From assembly GCF_964213995.1 (NCBI RefSeq), contig NC_135804.1:94736001-94800000 (forward strand): a stretch of DNA of 64,000 nt. Reading direction: 5' to 3'. Positions 35,007-48,502 of the stretch are shown piece after piece; the stretch's first letter is position 1, and each line of letters begins with the position of its first letter. The position numbers and the translations under genes were made by a program. The notes below the pieces were generated by a model. That model was given only the letters and a program-made list of their open reading frames with translations, searched no databases and was not told the DNA's origin. The DNA is from Mustelus asterias (lineage: Eukaryota).

Positions 35007-38000
35007 CCTTGTAGGACATGGCCTGTGAAATTGATCATTGTTGTCCCCTTTTCCAATCAGAAAGTGTGACAAAGGACAATTTCTCCCCGAACATGTTGGT
35101 GTGAATTTTAATTTGAAGAATACTACCCAGATTATAGTTCATGCAAAGTAAAATGTTGGCCTTGAATATTTGCTAAGGTCTTTGGAAAACGTATGAAGAA
35201 TCTGATGCTGAGAAAGGTATGATAGTTCACGTCCTGGTCATTAACTGAATTATCTTATTATGGTGCTAATTCTCTGGCTCATTATCTGGTGATGTGATAC
35301 ATTTTATGAGCAAACATTTGTCAAAGATGCCATTAAGTTGGTCACCCCACTTTGGCCAATTATGTTGGATAGTCATGCAGTAAAATGTTCTGTAATCACA
35401 TTTGCCTTCTGCATTGATTAAAGAGGATAAAACGGAATTATAAATGTTGAATGGAACAATTAGTGATGGTTAATTGTGCTGTAGAACTATGCCAAGCTGG
35501 CCAGAGCTTTGGAAGACAAAAATAACATAGCACATGGGAAATGTGTTCATTATGTGGTTGGCTGCTAATTATTTTCTTTCCATGATTCTTGTAAATCTAT
35601 TTACTCATCTTGTCTGAGACACAGTTTGGCTATTCAGTTACTACGGTTATGGTCCGATTTTGTTTAGATTTTGGATTCTTGCACATTATCTATTTCCTGG
35701 ACAAGTACAGCTTTTCTCTATCCCCTGAAGATGCCTTGATTAGGAAAGAATACAGATGATGTGTTACAAAGGAATTTATTGGTTTGTCTTTTAATTCCAT
35801 TCATCATATTTTCCTCTATTTTACCTCTCTGTAAATTGATTGTTTCTCTCTGTTTTGAAGGATGGTCAGTCATCTTTCCATTGGTCTTCTTAACACATTT
35901 CATATAACACTGACATCCAATTTAAGATAATCAGTCTGGCCCTCAATGTGGCTCATTTACAAATACTAGAAATAACATATATTCACACAGGACACTGTCC
36001 TTTTGCAAACAGGAAGAACATTACACCTTTTTTGACTAAACAAAAGCTTGGCGGACAGCCATCCCCTGGTTAATTTCTCACAGCAATGTCTTGACCAACC
36101 AGAACCAACCTGCCTGGTTTGAATTTAAAGAAACGTTTGGCAGTTAACTTTTCCCTGGTGCATTCTCCATGGCAATTAGTACCCTCTTCTCATGCAGTAT
36201 AAATAATTGTTCCCTTTTGAGCTTTGGCATTCGTATGAATCTGTCCTGATGAGTGCAAGATGAAAAGCTTCAACACCATGTCTCTTTTTCAGCAAATCTT
36301 TCACATTAGTACACCAGGTATGTCTCAATGTTACTTAACTGTGGCTATGAGGATTTCTTCCCCAAGTCTCCTCTGTGCAAAAATATGTTTGTGTAAAGGG
36401 ACTCTAAATTAGTCAAATCATCATTGCAACATTTATTAATTGCCCAATTTATATATAATTAGAAGTATAGAGATATAGATTTATGTTTTATATATTGCCT
36501 TATCCAGTCCAGGCAAGTTCTCAACACATCTTTCAGTTGGGAGTTGGATGATCTTTTAACTTATTGTTTTTTTTGGGGGGGAGAACTTTGTGCTTATGAA
36601 ATTAAGGGATGTTTGTCGTGCTAGAATTTTTTTTCCATTTAGTGTGCCCAGAATTTGAATTTAGCACTTCAACATCAGTTATTCAAAAGTTAGATGAAAA
36701 ATAACTTTCCTCATAAATATCAGAAGTTAGGTAATTATTTCTAACCTTATAGTTTACTGCTGAATCTTGAATGTTTCTTTTTGTCTTTTTCTTTTCTGGC
36801 TGGTTCCTTTTGGAGGTCCCCAACTGGATCTCTCTGCATCTCTTTCCAGTTGGCTAGTTTTCTAGTGGTGTTCATTAACATTATTCTTCACCTTTGTTTC
36901 AGAACTGATTTATTTTGTTCTATCCTACCCTGACTTAGTGAAAGTTTGATGGAAACAATAATTATCTCTAAATGAATGAACAATAGCTAAAGAAAGTCTT
37001 TGAATGTTACAGAAAATATAGAAGTGATGAAGCAGATTGTAATGAAAGATATGACAGAATTAGACACATTAAGAAACCACAAAGTAAGTTATTGGGGCAG
37101 CACCTGCAGGAAAAGTTAATTGTAGAAGATCAACACGCAATTTGGCTAGATAATGGAATGGAATGCCATCTTTGCAAACCTCTGTTGGCATCTGATAAGT
37201 GAAAAGATACCGTAATATTTTGGAAAAAGATATTTTGTTGGAGGAGTGTTGGGAGAAATTATGCAATCAGTGAGTAGAGTTTCCTTCCGTTGTCACCTGA
37301 GTTGAACTGGAGAGTGACACTTGGATTGGACAAAAGACAAAATTATGTTTTCAAGTATGAAACTGAGGCAATTGTAATTTTAATTTTCCGTTTGCAAGCT
37401 AGAAATTGCATGATATTTGTTTTAGGAAATTTGGATTTCAATGCAGTCAGTACTCAGCTAGTTGAAGAGAATAGAGAACTGTGCATTTCAGGGTTATTGT
37501 AATTGGTGTAAGCACCCTTGAGCTAAGAAGTGGAAAACAATGGGTGAAATTTTCTGCTCCTGCCAGCAGCAAGAATTGTGGCGGGCAGGTGAACTAATTT
37601 TGGCATGATAGAAAAAGTCAGTTTCCTGCCGATGAGAAATTAATTTGGAATTTTGTTCTCTTGACTTAGGTGGTGAGTTAAAGGCAGGGCGAGTTTCTGA
37701 TCTATGTCAAGAACTACATTTGCGTCTCATGAATTCTCATTCAAAGGCCAACTTGCTGGAATTATGTGCCCCCTCCAAATTAAGTGTCCCGCTAACAGAT
37801 AATTAGCACAGTCTGTTTTCCAACTATAAATAAGTGGTATACATCTGGTGAGCTTCACTTAATCAATGACATCAAGGTCAATAGATGTTTGCATCTACCT
37901 TTAAGAGCATTGCTGTGAGAATTTGAGTGTCTATTTCACAAGCTGTGCCAAGGCTGGACACGGGAGGCAATACTAGCTTTAAGGGGGAAACGGTGGCATT

Positions 38001-38442
38001 ACAAATGGAGGAGGGAGCACAGGAAGAAAGGGGGAAGATCGAGATGCAAGCAGGGGGTGATGAAGGAATAGAGTGAGAAATGAAAAACAGTGCTGGGGCA
38101 AGAGTTATAAGACTATCCTAGGAAGAGTCTACACTGAGACTACACTGTCAAGGGAATATTGAAGAGCCTGTCCTGGGGCTGAGGCCCACGTTGCTGAGTC
38201 CATATTGAAGAGATTGTCCTGGGCTGTGTGGGCCATATTAGATGACTTTGCATAACACTCATGTCTTGGTCCCAGTCTAAGGCAGAGGCAGGCCTCTGGA
38301 CAGTGATAGTCATGCGCAGTGTGGTGTGCAATATGTTGTCAATCACCTAAGAAATTTGGTCCTGAGGATTAGGGTCATGACGATGAGTCTACGGCACAGT
38401 CATGTTCAGGGCAGGCATCCATATCCTGTAGGTTGGTGTAAG

Positions 38443-39218
38443 TCAAGGGGGTTGTTTTAGATGATCTCACAGAGGCAGTCCCAAAACAGTAGGGTGCATG
38501 TGGTCTGGAGAAGGGGAAGGGCAAAGTCGATAAAGGGCACGAGGACATCAACATTATAGGAAAGGCAATGTTAGGAACAAAGGGTGGAATTCCCGATAAC
38601 AGTCGGGAAAGTCGGCATGATTTCTGCTGGGTGACAGGGCAGGTGAACACATGCGGTCTTCCACTTTTCAGCTCATGCATTAGTATGGAGCTTGGCAAAT
38701 CTCTTGGCAGGGTCGGCAGGAGGTTTCTTGCCCTGCCATCACCTCATGGGATGGAGATGCTGGCATTGGACAGGGGTAAACACAGTAAGAAGTCTCACAA
38801 CACCAGGTTAAAGTCCAACAGGTTTATTTGGTAGCACAAGCCACTAGCTTTCGGCCCTTTGTCAGGTAAGTCATGGGGCCAAAGGTCCTGGTATCATATT
38901 TAAATGGCGCCCAGACTGACATTCACTCATCGCAGATCAGGAGCTCCATACTGCTCGTCCAGAGCCCTTGCAGCTGCAGATCTTAGTGGAGAAGCTGGCA
39001 GATATGAGCAACTGCATCACAGAATGTACAAGGGTTCCTCTGGCGTTGTCTTTCACTCATCTCTAGATAAGAGCACCAGCTGCGATCGGGTCAATGTTCA
39101 GCAGCCTCTTGACTGTCTAGAGGCCCTGCTGCTTCTTGCTGCTCAGGTCTTTGCACTTCCTAGCCCTGTCAGCCTGTGGTGGGTCTTCCTTCTCCTCATC
39201 TGGATGAGAGTCATTGCC
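38443..39218 (+). repeat. Direct duplication, copy 1 (includes a truncated PLE end at ~38750-38870)
   Basis: Near-identical to 39731-40517; near-identical ORF pairs in the track. Confidence 0.95.
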
Positions 39219-39220
39219 AT

Positions 39221-39727
39221 TGTGGAATTCGCTTTCAGAAGTCAGATCAAAAACTGATGAGACACAGGTTTCTCTGCAAACCTTCTTTATTGCATCGGAG
39301 GAGGGATCGCTAGACCATGCGCATCAAGCATGGGTTCGTGAGTCTCTGTCTGGCTTACAAAACAGTTTCAGTTATACACGACGGAGATACATCCATATCC
39401 TTCTGTTAGCCAATAAGGGCATAGCTGTATTGTTACATTTTGATTAGATTACTTTCAAGAACAAAAGGCGATAGCCACGTAAGGACATGGCTATTAAAGT
39501 TTCTGATTAGATTATTTTCAAGAACAAAAGGCCAATCGATAAGGCCCTGCCCTCCAAAGCCAGAACCACAATTACCTATTAGCAGTTTCTTTAACGTGAT
39601 CATTAGTTTCGGTGGGCCTTGTCGCCCTCGCCTCAGGCCCTTTCCATAACCAGTTTATCCCTCAACTGATTCCTAGTTACGTATCCCAATTTTAACCCTT
39701 TCCTCTTCTCAATCTATCTTATACACA
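39221..39727 (-). mobile_element. Solo LTR (retroviral/Gypsy-type)
   Basis: TGTG...CACA termini; minus-strand AATAAA near 39290, TATA-like motif near 39375, tandem GATTAGATTA(C/T)TTTCAAGAACAAAAGG enhancer-like repeats. Confidence 0.7.
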
Positions 39728-39730
39728 TTC

Positions 39731-40517
39731 TCAAGGGGGTTGTTTTAGATGATCTCACAGAGGCAGTCCCAAAACGGTGGGGTGCATGTGGCCTGGAGAA
39801 GGGGAAGGGCAAAGTCGATAAAGGGCACGAGGACATCAACATTATAGGAAAGGCAATGTTAGGAACAAAGGGTGGAATTAAGTCCGATAACAGTCGGGAA
39901 AGTCGGCATGATTTCTGCTGGGTGACAGGGCAGGTGAACACATACGGTCTTCCACTTTTCAGCTCATGCATTAGTATGGAGCTTGGCAAATCTCTTGGCA
40001 GGGTCGGCAGGAAATTTCTTGCCCTGCCATCACCTCATGGGATGGAGATGCTGGCATTGGACTTGGGTAAACACAGTAAGAAGTCTCACAACACCAGGTT
40101 AAAGTCCAATAGGTTTATTTGGTAGCACAAGCCACTAGCTTTCGGAGCGCTGCCCCTTTGTCAGGTAAGTCATGGGGCCAAAGGTCCTGGTATCATATTT
40201 AAATGGCGCCCAGACTGACATTCACTCATCGCAGATCAGGAGCACCGTACTGCTCGTCCAGTGCTCTTGCAGCTGCAGATCTTAGTGGAGAAGCTGGCAG
40301 ATATGAGCAACTGCATCACAGAATGTACAAGGGTTCCTCTGGCGTTGTCTTTCACTCATCTCTAGATAAGAGCACCAGCTGCGATCGGGTCAATGTTCAG
40401 CAGCCTCTTGACCGTCTAGAGGCCCTGCTGCTTCTTGCTGCTCAGGTCTTTGCTCTTCCTAGCCCTGTCAGCCTGTGGTAGGCCTTCTTTCTCCTCATCT
40501 GGATGAGAGTCATTGCC
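39731..40517 (+). repeat. Direct duplication, copy 2
   Basis: Matches 38443-39218 with scattered substitutions and ~11 extra bases. Confidence 0.95.
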
Positions 40518-43500
40518 TGGGCAGGGTTGCCTGCAGCCTGTATCATCAAAGCCTCAGTGGATGTATGAACCAATTGAAGTGATACATTTAGTGAGCATGT
40601 CCTTTACAGGTTTCCCTCCATCTCAAAGCAAACACATATGTGCTAAGCCCTTCACCTGGCCTCTGTCTAGACATGACATCCCCATCCCTACCCTTCCAGA
40701 TAAAGGGCATCCTGGAGGAACAGAGATGGATGTTCCCCCTGTTCATACATGACTGTGAATGGAGACATCGCTCTTTGGCCAGGGTGATGAGACTATGTGC
40801 AAGAAGCCTTACACGGACAGTTTTCTGCTTGTCTCCGTTACCTTGGAAACTCTATAGAGAGACCATTGTCTTGGCAGCACAAAGTGCATGATCCCTTGTC
40901 AGTCATGACCATTCACCTGGAAGGATAGAAATTTGGAGTCGCGAGTTGCATGCTGTTCACTACTTGTGTCCCTTTGATGCATTCCACCTCCCTCCCTTCA
41001 CCTTTGCCTCCGACAGCAGATGGCACACAATGAGCAGCAGTGCCACACCTTGGAACTCAAGGTCAGTTTGAAAAAAGTGGTGTGTGACACCTTTCAAACT
41101 CTTTCCATCACCTTCTACCATCTCCTGTCACCCACCAACTCTCCCCAACACCATATATCTTCCAATATCACTATTCTTCTCATTTTTCTCACCCTTAAAC
41201 CTCCTCCCATTAACATTGACTCTATCACAATCCATCTCCACATGCCTTTCCTCTCCTCAGACCCGACACCAATTTTCATCCCTCTGTCCATCCTGACGCC
41301 TCCCATTATCCGAGCCACCCATCTTGTTCCCCCTGCACAACCCATCCCAGACCATCACCTACCAGATTCCCCACCTCCATACCCCACCCTGCCCATAGAG
41401 ATTCCCTTCTCTGGACATCCCCCTTTCCCTTCCCTAGATTCTCCTTCCCCCACTACCCCCCTGGCCCCTCCCGGAAAATCTGCCTCCTGTGTCCGGCCTT
41501 GGTGCAGCATTTGCTAATGGTGAAGCTATGCAAAGTCTCCAAGAAGAAGAAAGCAGTATCTTAGGATCTCAAAGTTGTGGAAGAGGCAAAGCTCGCCAGG
41601 TGCATGCCACTTATATATAGTTGTAAAATTGAATGTCCCAGATTCTCGCTGGCGGGGACCTTAATTTGCCGGGCAAACTTTATTCTGGCACGGTGACGCT
41701 TTTAGGAGTATACGTGAGTTGCTAATGTTGGGAAGTTCAACCCGCCTTTAACCCATCTTGAAAGTCGGGAGAATAAAATTTCAACTGTTTATCCTGCCAA
41801 TGGGAAATAGACTTATTCTGTCTCCCACCAAATTATATGCCCCCACCCGCCATGATTCCCACTGCTGCTGAAAATGGAAAATTCTACCCAACGCTTCTCT
41901 TGAGTAGCAATGCGGGAGTCAGACTTAACAATCCATGGGGATTACTTATTTGTCAGATCAACTCTGCATGCTTGTCCATAACTTGTCTGCATTGTAAAAT
42001 ATTGTTTCCATTCTCATGATTAAAACCTGATGACACTCACTTATTGTCTATCATAATCATTAAGAATGGCACTTGGGGAGTCTGCCAATACTTGTGAAAT
42101 CATTTCTCAGTAAAGGTAAGGAGCAAAGGAGCAAAAGTAGTTATAGACCAGATTCTAATGTTTTAAGGAAAATGTCCATTAAACTCTAGACAGATCAGTT
42201 TTTCGTAAATCAACAGCATCAAACCGTTCCCTCACTGTGGATCTCTCCTTCAGTGACATTCCCTAGTAACTTATTACACATGTCCATTAGCCTTTGGATG
42301 GAAAGTTCTGCTTGATTTCCCTTTTATTCCAGTCTTCAGTGTGAACGCATCATGATGGCAAACAATTTGGCTGGATCAATTTTGTCAATTCCTTTTGTAA
42401 TTCTGAGAAATTAGATCAAAATTTATTTTCCAAAAATACTGGATTGTGGTATAGAGATTGACATAAGACAGTGTCCTTTAGTCCTGAAGCATCTTATACA
42501 CTAATGTAATCTCTTAATTAGACTTTTCAGAGATTTGAAAAAGCTGCTTCGACAGAGCCGTAGTCATCTGCATTCTCAATTATCTGCATGAGAATTTAGT
42601 TTTTTTTCAAGTATCGGTTAAAACACAATTTCTTTTGATACGTTTTGAATTGTTCTTCCACAGTGTCTTGATCCGGCAGGATATCAAGTTGTGTGGGGGA
42701 TGGAACGTATTATTTCTGATCTCTGATTGATCTGTTAAACATTGCCATTACCCAGAGATACAATCAGCTACATCTGCTGGTTCCCTCCCTTCCAGTAGCA
42801 CACTAGCTCAAACTTCCTCTATCACATCGACATGTTGCATCTTGATCACATTTTCCGAATGCACAGCATTAGTTTTCACAGGTATATTGATGTCACCCAT
42901 CACCCCACAAACAACTCTCTCAATTCCTCCACTGTTACCAAATGGTAAGACTGCTTTTCCAGCATCCCATACTGGGTGCACAGAGGTTTTCTCCAGTTAA
43001 TTATCAGAAAGACTGAAACTATTTCTTTGACATCTCACTCCAAACCTGTTTCCCAGCTTCCAACTTCACTCCTCTCTCCCTAACAGCACTTTGAAAATGA
43101 ATAGGTCTGTTCACAACTTTGATGTCACATTTGTCCCCAAGATAAGCTTCTAACATATTTGCACCATCACTAACACTAACATTTCCTTCTCCATAACATC
43201 GCTCAATTTTGTCTCAGTTCATTAGAGGTGAAAACTCTCTCATTCATTATCATTACCTCTAGGTTTGGGTATTTTAATGCATTCCTGGTTGGTCACCCAG
43301 TCATGCCATGTTCCTTTTCCTCTAGTGGCGAAAATGGGATCTGCCGGAAACGGGGTGGAACTTCTGGATCCAGTTCTCGTCAGCCATTTTTAGTCCCCAC
43401 AACTCTGCGAAATTCCGGCACATCACATTTAGCCAACCAGTTACATATCCTTCCAATCCTTTTCCTTCTTCCATCTAGATAATCTTGAATGTTCACATGA

Positions 43501-44809
43501 CTTTTGCCTCAACCATGAATCTTTTAAGTTAATTGCGAGGTCTCATAAGTCTCCACCTCAAGAAAATTCTCCTTGAGCCTGCTCCAGATCTTATACCCTT
43601 TAATCTTGTGCCTATTGCCATTTATTCTTTTCCCTTCAACTTCTGGAAATGGGCTGCTTATAACTACCCTGTTTCATCCTTTTGTAATTAAACATTTTCT
43701 AATACATTTTCCAGATAAGGATTTTCATTCAACCTCCAGGCTCATTACATTACCAGATATTGCATGTGTAAAGGCATACTTAGTTTCCAAGGATGTTGAG
43801 GGTTCGCATATGGGGCTGGTCTATGGCACTGACAGATCAAGAAATATCAGAGTACAACCTAGAAGCATAACACATTCTACTTTTTTATATGTTTGTTGAA
43901 AATGTTCTTATATTTTACATAGCAAACAAACACAGATACAGATCCACATAGTGCCCGGGTGTACATTCCAACGCGACTGGACTCAGGGCTCCCCGTGGCC
44001 AGGGGACAAGCCCCTGGGTAATACATTCTTTAACTGATCCTTCCAGTAGTATTACTATAGTTTATGAATGCATTGTAATAAGCAAGCTACAGAAATAGGT
44101 AGATGTCGTCAGTGATGGTGTTTGTAACCATAAATAGTAGCTGACCAACTATAAAAATAGCCATTTCTGTTGTTTCTAATTATAAAATCTGTGACTTGTA
44201 TTGGTGCATGTTCCTATCACACACAGCACTTGATAATTACGTGTTATTCCCTTTCCCCAAAAGCATCTTGTATTAGTGTGTGTGCGTATATTATTACCTT
44301 AGATAAAATCTTGAATAGAAATCTCTAATAGAACTCTGGCAAGATGTGCTAACTACACAATGCACTTCACAACAAAGGTATATCTCTTCAAGGATTATTT
44401 TGATCAGCATTCATGTAAATGCATTATATGTAATTTGACATGCATTATGTGAAGATTTTCCCTGTTTCACTGGGCTTTACAGCAAGCTTCTTTCATCACT
44501 CTCTGTGCATTCACTCCCTGTCATTTTGCATTGCTCCAAAAACAAAATCACGCCGATGTGTCATACCAGTGATTCGTGACTGTAGTCAGATAGTGTTCAA
44601 ATACTTGCAGCCTGGTTGCTAGGCAGTAAAGATCATTCAACTGCAGCACATTTCCTGAATGCCTAACTCTAGCCTAATTCCTGCTTTTCAAGAAGCAAGA
44701 TTTCAGGTGTATCAATGATGTGTTTTGTGGAGAAAATACCCATCAATACTTTAGTTATCCATTATAATACATGTTCCCAAAGTGTTTCTGGAACTTTTGT
44801 AGAAGTACT

Positions 44810-45126
44810 CCCCCATCCTCACCAACCACCCCCACCATCCTCAACACCAAACCGTCCCCCACCCCCATCCTCACCAACCACCCCCCTCCCCCATCCTCAC
44901 CAACCACCCCCCTGCCCCATCCTCACCAACCACCCCCTGCCCCATCCTCACCAACCACCCCCTGCCCCATCCTCACCAACCACCCCCTGCCCCATCTTCA
45001 CCAACCAACTCCCTCCCCCATCCTCACCAACCACCCCCCTCCCCTATCCTCACCAACCACCCCCTGCCCCATCTTCACCAACCACCCCCTGCCCCCATCC
45101 TCACCAACCCCCCCCCCCCCCCCCCA
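44810..45126. repeat. C-rich minisatellite (~26-28 bp unit, ~11 copies)
   Basis: CCCCATCCTCACCAACCACCCCCTG repeated. Confidence 0.92.
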
Positions 45127-45432
45127 GCTTATCCAAATAGAAATACTACGTGAATGGACCTCGACAGTGAGTTTCAGTAGGCTATTTGACTGTGGATGGA
45201 GGACCCCTGCTAAGTGAGATCCAGCCTTCTGATGTTCACACAAACCCACATTTATCATGGATCACTGGTTAGAAATTAGGAGGAGGAAACCTAGCATTTT
45301 TACTTCGCTTCCCTTCCTAGTTCAGAGAAACTGAGGTGGATTGCAATGTACTTAATGTTGCACCAGGTGCGATCACTAAACTCAACACAAACTGTTAGCC
45401 AATCTGGTGCTTCCTGATCGATAGTAATTACA

Positions 45433-45515
45433 GTAAGAAGTTTAACAACACCAGGTTAAAGTCCAACAGGTTTATTTGGTAGCAAAAGCCACACATCTAT
45501 AGTATCTCCACATCT
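45433..45515. mobile_element. Abortive Penelope-like insertion (short inverted arm plus tail stub)
   Basis: TSD ATAGTAATTACA at 45421-45432 and 45516-45527. Confidence 0.85.
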
Positions 45516-47342
45516 ATAGTAATTACACAGTCTTAACCATCTGAGGGAGCACTTGGAGAATGTTCTCAGCTTATTGAATGAAATATCTTGCCAATGTGTT
45601 ACCATGTTCATCATTTTTGGTTTCATTTATTTAACTGTTCCTGTTTGCTCGTTCACCTTCCCATTGCTATTCATGGAATATACTGAGGAGTTATATCAGG
45701 ATTTTCTATTTTTAGTAAAAGGAACTGGCCTTTACTCCAGGAATAACTAATACTACCTCACACCATCAGTGTGGTAAAATATGCTGAGGCACTTAACAAC
45801 GAGCAGGATCAAACATCACACACCATGGAATTGGGAAAAGGGTTGGCGTGTGAATAATGGAAGAGATAAATTGATGAGGCTTTTGAAGAGAGGAAAAGAT
45901 GTTGAAAAGTGGATCGAATGAAGAATAAATGTCCAGTTCTCGGTCGAGGGCCACAATAGATGAAAAACTCCGAACTGGAGAGAACTAAACTCCGAACGGA
46001 AATAGCAGCCCAGAATCAGAAGAATGGAGGCTGTAGTTCCAATGGTATAGGGCGCAATGCCCAATCTGTTTGTAAATAATGGTGAAGATTTTGAAATCTT
46101 TATGTTAGAAGATGGCAAGCCAGTGGGGGTGATGGTTATTGCAGGAGTTCATAGACTATGAGATTGATAGTTATGTCTGTTATGACTGTTGATGTATGCA
46201 GGTTGCCTCTGTTATATTCCAGCAAGCCAAATGGTGAAGGATAGAACTAGAGCCAATCTTAACGCGCTTTTATAAGCATTTATTTACAGGTAAACATTAC
46301 AAACACAGACCTGCTAACCTGCTCACCACCTGCATCTAATTAAACACACATAATATACAATGAACAGACTCCTTGGGTGAAAATGAATCTGGGTCAATGA
46401 AAAACAGGACACAAGTGCAATGAGATTGAGAATGAGAATGAAACAGGACACAAGTGCAATGCCTGAGAGACAAAATCAATCTGCAAACCTTTACAGATCA
46501 ATAGATAATTTTTAACTGGGAAAGCATCAGCTCATCTTCCACTCACCAAGCTCTCTCTGGTCTACATAACATGTTTGTCCCTCCTAAGTAGCTGCCACAT
46601 CCTAGTCCCAAGTTTCACAATCGGGTTAGTACCTGTTCCCCAACCAGACATCAAACACTCCTTGTGTCGTTTATTCTACTGATTTTTTTGCAACAATAAA
46701 AAAATGCTTGGCAGCTCATCAGCATTTGAAATAGAAAGGAAAGTTTTATATTTTGGGTGAACCCAAATTGTCAGGGAGTGGATGAGCCACAACTTTCTTC
46801 AATTTCAGACTGGTGTGATCAAAGCTCAAAGAAACCTGTTTTGTTACAGGCTGAAACTCTGCTCCTGATTCCATTCATATCAACATTTGTCCACTTAAGC
46901 TGAATCTGACAGAAATTTAATCTTGGTGTTTGAAGCCCATACCCTACCCATTATCAAAAGCCTTGCTTGTCTCTGCCCATATATCATCCCATCTGACACT
47001 TAAACCTTCACCTATACTTTAATCTTCCTCAGATTTGACTACTGCAATTTTGTCAGGTTTCATAATTCCACTACATACAAACTTCAATAAAAGCCAAATA
47101 CTGTGGATGCTGAAATAAAAGCAGAATCCTGCCCACCCATCATTTGACTTATTTAAAATGTCTTTGTTGCCCACCCCCCCTCCACTCCCCAACCCCCCCA
47201 CCCCCCTATATCCTCCAGTTCTTTGGCACATCTTTCCATTTTCTTCAAGAAGAACTACCTGGGGCATGGTTGATTGTAATCAATACTGGTTGTTAATTTA
47301 TTTTTCGAGGTAACATCGATCCTTCCTGCTGAAAATAAATTA

Positions 47343-48502
47343 GGTAAGAAGTCTCACAATACCAGGTTAAAGTCCAACAGGTTTATTTGGTCGCAAATAC
47401 CAAAAGCTTTCGGAGCACTGCTCCTTCGTCAGATGGAGTGGAAATTTGCTCTCAAACAGTGCAAACAGACACAAAATCAAGTTGCAGAATACTGATTAGA
47501 ATGCGAATCCCTACAACCAGCCAGGTCTTAAAGATACAGACAATGTGGGTGGAGGGAGCATTAAACACAGGTTAAAGAGATGTGTATTGTCTCCAGACAG
47601 AACAGCTAGTGAGATTCTGCAAGCCCAGGAGGCAAGCTGGTGGGGTTACTGATAATGTGACATAAATCCAACATCCCGGTTTAGGCCGTCCTCATGTGTG
47701 CGGAACTTGGCTATCAGTTTCTGCTCAGTGACTCTGAGCTGTCGTGTGTCGTGAAGGCCACCTTGGAGAACGCTTACCTGAAGATCCAAGGCTGAATGCC
47801 CGTGACTGCTGAAGTGCTCCCCCACAGGAAGAGAACAGTCTTGCCTGGTGATTGTCGAGCGGTATTCGTTCATCTGTTGTCGTAGCGTCTGCATGGTTTC
47901 CCCAATGTACCATGCAGACGCTACGACAACGGATGAACGAACACCGCTCGACAATCACCAGGCAAGACTGTTCTCTTCCTGTGGGGGAGCACTTCAGCAG
48001 TCGCAGGCATTCAGCCTTGGATCTTCAGATAAGCGTTCTCCAAGGTGGCCTTCACGACACACGACAGCGCAGAGTCACTGAGCAGAAACTGATAGCCAAG
48101 TTCCGCACACATGAGGACGGCCTAAACCGGGATGTTGGATTTATGTCACATTATCAGTAACCCCCACAGCTTGCCTCCTGGGCTTGCAGAATCTCACTAG
48201 CTGTTCTGTCTGGAGACAATACACATCTCTTTAACCTGTGTTTAATGCTCCCTCCACCCACATTGTCTGTATCTTTAAGACCTGGCTGGTTGTAGGGATT
48301 CGCATTCTAATCAGTATTCTACAACTTGATTTTGTGTCTGTTTGCACTGTTTGAGAGCACATTTCCACTCCATCTGACGAAGGAGCAGTGCTCCGAAAGC
48401 TTATGGTATTTGCTACCAAATAAACCTGTTGGACTTTAACCTGGTGTTGTGAGACTTCTTACTGTGTTCACCCCAGTCCAACGCCGGCATCTCCACATCA
48501 TC
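47343..48502 (+). mobile_element. Palindromic Penelope-like insertion (arms ~550 bp, centre ~47903) with GIY-YIG C-terminus
   Basis: YIGETMQTLRQRMNEHR...PVGEHFS...EQKLIAKFRTHEDGLNRD on both strands; TSD GAAAATAAATTA at 47331-47342 and 48503-48514. Confidence 0.95.
48370..48406 (+). ncRNA. Minimal type I hammerhead ribozyme (also at 54417-54453 +, 55047-55083 +, 53449-53485 -, ~47400-47436 -)
   Basis: CCAT-CTGACGA-A-GGAGC(AGT)GCTCC-GAAAGCTT-ATGG; stem I covaries with the CAC/GTG version. Confidence 0.78.

Larger units (their letters stand above)
37542..41889 (-). mobile_element. Degenerate autonomous-type Harbinger transposon
   Basis: TIRs GGGTGAAATTTTC / GAAAATTCTACCC with AAT/AAC flanks; minus strand near 38970-39080 translates SYLEMSERQ...DAVAHICQLLH*DLQ, like the Harbinger/HARBI1 transposase N-terminus. 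Confidence 0.65.

Noticed and set aside
39255-39285. CTGATGAG in the solo LTR as a hammerhead
   Set aside because: No GAAA box follows a stem II.
46210-46695. Possible solo LTR (TGTT...AACA, internal 21-bp duplication); a similar candidate lies at ~29990-30705
   Set aside because: No TSD and boundaries are ambiguous, so not supported enough to call.
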